Source: a virus (Duplodnaviria; Caudoviricetes). From it: a DNA stretch of 59,042 bases. Shown here in pieces: positions 55,764 to 59,042 of the stretch. A program made the translations under genes and the position numbers. The DNA lies in IMG/VR virus record IMGVR_UViG_3300030110_001528, positions 1-59,042 of that record, one strand, 5' to 3'. Under the pieces are notes generated by a model. The model ran no database searches, was not told the origin of the DNA, and saw only the letters and a list, made by a program, of their open reading frames with translations. The stretch's first letter is position 1; the number at the start of each line of letters is the position of its first letter.

Positions 55764-57466
55764 TATAGTTTAACTATATAGTTTAAGATTATTGTAGGTT
55801 GTACGTTGTTGTGTGCTTGACCTCCTGTTATGTCAACGCCAGAGGAATTAGCCAATGGACCAGCATTAGCATCCACACCTACGTTCCCTGTACCCGATCT
55901 ACTTAATCCTGTTGTATTTGAACCACTTGCTAGATTAGCTTCGTTAGTCCTGTTTGGAATGTGTGTGTGTTCTGCAAGTTGTACAGCAGTTAATGTATGC
56001 GTTTCAGAACCACCTGTGTCTCCCAATGTATCTCCATTCAAACCACCCGTTTGATCTGTAAGTCTGTTCGCTGAAGAACCCCCCATGTCATCTTGACCTG
56101 CAACAACACGACCTCTTAGATCGGGAATACTAAAATCGCCAGAACCACCAGAACCTGATCCATAAGTTGTTCCTATTGCTGCATGAAGAGCATAATAGGT
56201 TGATCCAGAGGAACCTTGTGTTACAGCTTGTCCATAACAAAAAACCCACCCTGTCGGTGCTGATGTTCCTCCGTAAGGTACAATAACACCTGCTGGAAGA
56301 GGAAGTACACTAACACCTGCAATAGTAAAAGCATCGGTTTCCAATGTACCATCAACATCAACGTCACCTGAAATGTCTAACTCTATCGCTGATAAAACAC
56401 CAGCAGAAGACAACGCCATTTTTTCTGTGGCTGCTTCGGAGGCACCTGTTTTAAAACTTAACTTTGTAGCGTTGTTATCTGCAGCAAAAGTACCTTCAGC
56501 AACTGCTTCAATAGCTGCGGCTATGGCTACAGCATCAGTGCCATCAGTATCACCTGCTGTAAAAGTAATTTTTCCAATTACATCATCCGCAACAATTGCA
56601 TCTTCTTCTGATTTAAGATTTAGTGCAACTGGACTATCATCTGTTCCGTTAACAGTATTTGTTAACGTCAACCCACTGTTATGAACATGAGTTAGCGTTA
56701 TCTCACTATCTGCACCAAAATTAATTGACTTGCTATCTGTAACTATATTTAAATCACCTTCATGGGTTAAACGCATTCTTTCTACAGCAGCATTATCACT
56801 ACCAACTGTTGTAGCCAATTTAAGCACTAAATCAGTTGCGGTTGAATCATCATCAAATTCATCGTCTGCTTCAGCAATTATTGAAGCGGCAACTATTTGT
56901 GCATCACCATCACTGCCATCACCTTCGTTGGGAGCTTGGAACTGTAACGCACCTAGAACGTCACCATCGGTAATGGTTGTATCACTTGTTTGAAGTGTTA
57001 ATAACGCTCCATCAGATGTTTTTATTGTTACATCAGAGGTAAAAGATTCTGTTCCTGTTTCTATAGAAGCGACTGCTGCTCCTGAACCTGCACCATCAGC
57101 ATATACAATAGCTGTTTTACCCGTTGTAATCGTAACTGTGTCACCCGTGCCTTGTTTTATGATAATAGATTGGCTTGTACCATTTTTGATAAAATAAAGT
57201 TTATCCTGATCGTTTGGAGATATTGTTACAGTGTTCGTTCCACTCGGACTACCACCAAATACAAGAACTTTATAATGACCATCAGAAGCTGCTCCATCCG
57301 TTGTCGTTAAAGTATGTGTAGTTCCAGATAACGTAATGGCACCAACACCATTAATAGCTCTATCAATTATATCAAAGTTTGTGTTGGTGGTTGCACCCCA
57401 AGTACCTGATTGATCTCCTGTACCTATTTTTTCTATGCCGTTATTAACGGTATACGTACTTGCCAT
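55763..57466 (-). CDS. Tail fibre with tail-collar domain
   Basis: GTWGATTN N-terminus; PAGVIVPYGG..APTGW..C.G, F.IPDLRGR and AHNNVQPTIILNYIVK. Confidence 0.85.
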   Translation of the reverse strand: MASTYTVNNGIEKIGTGDQSGTWGATTNTNFDIIDRAINGVGAITLSGTTHTLTTTDGAASDGHYKVLVFGGSPSGTNTVTISPNDQDKLYFIKNGTSQSIIIKQGTGDTVTITTGKTAIVYADGAGSGAAVASIETGTESFTSDVTIKTSDGALLTLQTSDTTITDGDVLGALQFQAPNEGDGSDGDAQIVAASIIAEADDEFDDDSTATDLVLKLATTVGSDNAAVERMRLTHEGDLNIVTDSKSINFGADSEITLTHVHNSGLTLTNTVNGTDDSPVALNLKSEEDAIVADDVIGKITFTAGDTDGTDAVAIAAAIEAVAEGTFAADNNATKLSFKTGASEAATEKMALSSAGVLSAIELDISGDVDVDGTLETDAFTIAGVSVLPLPAGVIVPYGGTSAPTGWVFCYGQAVTQGSSGSTYYALHAAIGTTYGSGSGGSGDFSIPDLRGRVVAGQDDMGGSSANRLTDQTGGLNGDTLGDTGGSETHTLTAVQLAEHTHIPNRTNEANLASGSNTTGLSRSGTGNVGVDANAGPLANSSGVDITGGQAHNNVQPTIILNYIVKL

Positions 57467-57475
57467 TTTATTCTC

Positions 57476-57958
57476 CTAACTTGTGCTTACGTCTGTCCAA
57501 GTATCGCCTGTGTGTGTAATATCTGTCCAAGTATCGCCAGAATGTGTGACCTCTGTCCACGTCACAGTAACACTCGGTGTAACTTCTGTAAATAACAATT
57601 CTCCAATAGATGATTGCGTTACATTAAAATCTTGTGTAGATACGCCTGTTAAAATAGCTGTACTTACGGACAATTGTTCGGCTAAAAATTCTATATTTGT
57701 TTCTAATTCTGTGCCTTTAACAAATCGTCCAGGAATATCGCCTAATCCAAGATTAAAACTTATACTGGTAACAGGGATGTCAGGAACAGACGTACCAGCA
57801 GAGGTTTGAGTATATATCGCTGATATATCGGCAATACCTGTCAATATACCTATTCCAGCAGATGCTTTAGAAGCAATGCCACTCATCTCTGCATTAGCTT
57901 CAAGTATTTTACTTATACTACTAATCGGTGTTTCAGAAAAAGCGACATGACCTAACAT
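57476..57958 (-). CDS. Virion protein with C-terminal TWT repeats
   Basis: MLG..AFSETPIS start; TWTEV/TWTDI/TWTDV. Confidence 0.6.
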   Translation of the reverse strand: MLGHVAFSETPISSISKILEANAEMSGIASKASAGIGILTGIADISAIYTQTSAGTSVPDIPVTSISFNLGLGDIPGRFVKGTELETNIEFLAEQLSVSTAILTGVSTQDFNVTQSSIGELLFTEVTPSVTVTWTEVTHSGDTWTDITHTGDTWTDVSTS

Positions 57959-58191
57959 TACTGAGTAACTTCCTCTTTGGCTTTAAACTCATCTTTTTCT
58001 TCAACGGAATTTATTAAGGCTCCTGTAAAGGCGTTTTTGGCTATTTTCTTCTGATCTAATTGAAATGCCAACTCGTCTTCTTGCGTTTGCAAATCTTTAA
58101 TCTGACGAATAATGTAGCGTTGGTTCGCTGTCATCTCATCTTGGTTGTATTCATTGCCGTTAATATTTATTACGTTTGTTTTGTCTGTCAT
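57958..58191 (-). CDS. Hypothetical protein
   Basis: 77 aa coiled coil. Confidence 0.6.
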   Translation of the reverse strand: MTDKTNVININGNEYNQDEMTANQRYIIRQIKDLQTQEDELAFQLDQKKIAKNAFTGALINSVEEKDEFKAKEEVTQ

Positions 58192-58231
58192 TTTATTCTC
58201 CTGTTATGCGACTAAATCTGCTAAAACGCAT

Positions 58232-58522
58232 TTATCTTTTACTTTCAATAAATGTTTTATATTCTGCTTTTATTGCATCAGTCCAAGCAGATTCAGCTAC
58301 AGACTTTACTTGAGTTCCGTCAAAAGCTGATAAGTCAGTATCTGTGTGGGTAAATTTTCCATCACTATCTTTCTCTGTATGATATGGAACTAATGTACCT
58401 CTTTCAAAAGTTCTTGAAATTTCCTTATCATCTCTCTTAATAACGAGTGCTTTTCTCCACTCAATATTCCACTTTAATTTTACAGTTACAATATCGTATT
58501 CTGTTGATTCACTTAAAGCCAT
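58232..58522 (-). CDS. Fibre-associated chaperone-like protein
   Basis: EISRTFER...AWTDAIKAEY; follows the fibre gene. Confidence 0.55.
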   Translation of the reverse strand: MALSESTEYDIVTVKLKWNIEWRKALVIKRDDKEISRTFERGTLVPYHTEKDSDGKFTHTDTDLSAFDGTQVKSVAESAWTDAIKAEYKTFIESKR

Positions 58523-58536
58523 TTTTTTCTCCCTAA

Positions 58537-58963
58537 CTAATCTACAAAGTATGTGGCATTAATTATAAAATTTGTACTGCTATCTATATTTAGCCAATTA
58601 CCACTAGTTGCTGCTATGTCTGTAGATGTCGTGTCATAGATATAGATTGCAGTAACATTATTGTTTATCCTTGCATAGACTCGACCAGAATTAGAACGAC
58701 CTGTTCCAGGGTCAGCACTTATTCCCCAAACTAGTATGTCAACTGCGGCATAATTCGTAACACCACTTCCAGATGTAAAAGGTAAATTCCCTAAAATTAT
58801 AGTTCCACTTGGGCTGTTCGTACTCGTTGTATAAAGATAACCACCGATATGAACGGCTTTTCCAACCTTTCTGTAAAAGAGAGTGTTGTAACTTGAGTTC
58901 CATGCAAAGTTTCCACTATCAGCATAAGAGGATGGCACGAATGAACCTTCTTCATAATCCTCC
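58537..58963 (-). CDS. Long tail fibre protein, 3' part
   Basis: ANTLEDYEEG, YRKVGKAV and NLPF; in frame with 3125-1. Confidence 0.85.
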
Positions 58964-59042
58964 AACGTGTTTGCATCTGTGTTACTAGTCGCTCCTAGTA
59001 CAATACCTTTTCCAGCAGTTGAGAAAAAGATGTCACCTGTTT
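58964..59042. repeat. Terminal direct repeat, right copy
   Basis: Identical to 1-79. Confidence 0.95.

Noticed and set aside
55763-59042. Diversity-generating retroelement acting on the fibres
   Set aside because: No reverse transcriptase and no adenine-specific TR/VR pair seen.
1-59042. Integrase, DNA polymerase, tRNA or rRNA genes
   Set aside because: None recognised by eye; a tRNAscan/HMM run is needed to exclude them fully.

Overview
The window is a complete, circularly permuted lytic tailed-phage genome of about 58,963 bp. Bases 1-79 repeat at 58964-59042, which is an assembly overlap. It is AT-rich and almost all genes lie on the minus strand. It has a podovirus-type virion module, a primase-helicase/SF2 helicase/Sak4/SSB replication module, and no recognisable DNA polymerase or integrase. 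A marine alphaproteobacterial host is inferred. Main finding (40978-43316): a stand-alone RAMP/Cas7-like gene and a partner gene precede a non-coding array. Its units have the form (NN-GNU)n-NN-GGCAGUU with strict 5-nt periodicity. Read as codon positions 1-2, the variable dinucleotides spell known protein motifs: Vsr HGCFWHRHKNCK, ParB/DGQHR VVDGxHRL and a CxxCGK zinc finger. This suggests an RNA-guided system that recognises gapped, wobble-skipping targets. Second finding: a CmoA-like gene is coupled to a C5 cytosine methyltransferase whose motif X Asn is replaced by Arg, predicting 5-carboxymethylcytosine DNA. All calls come from motif recognition by eye; no database searches were run.
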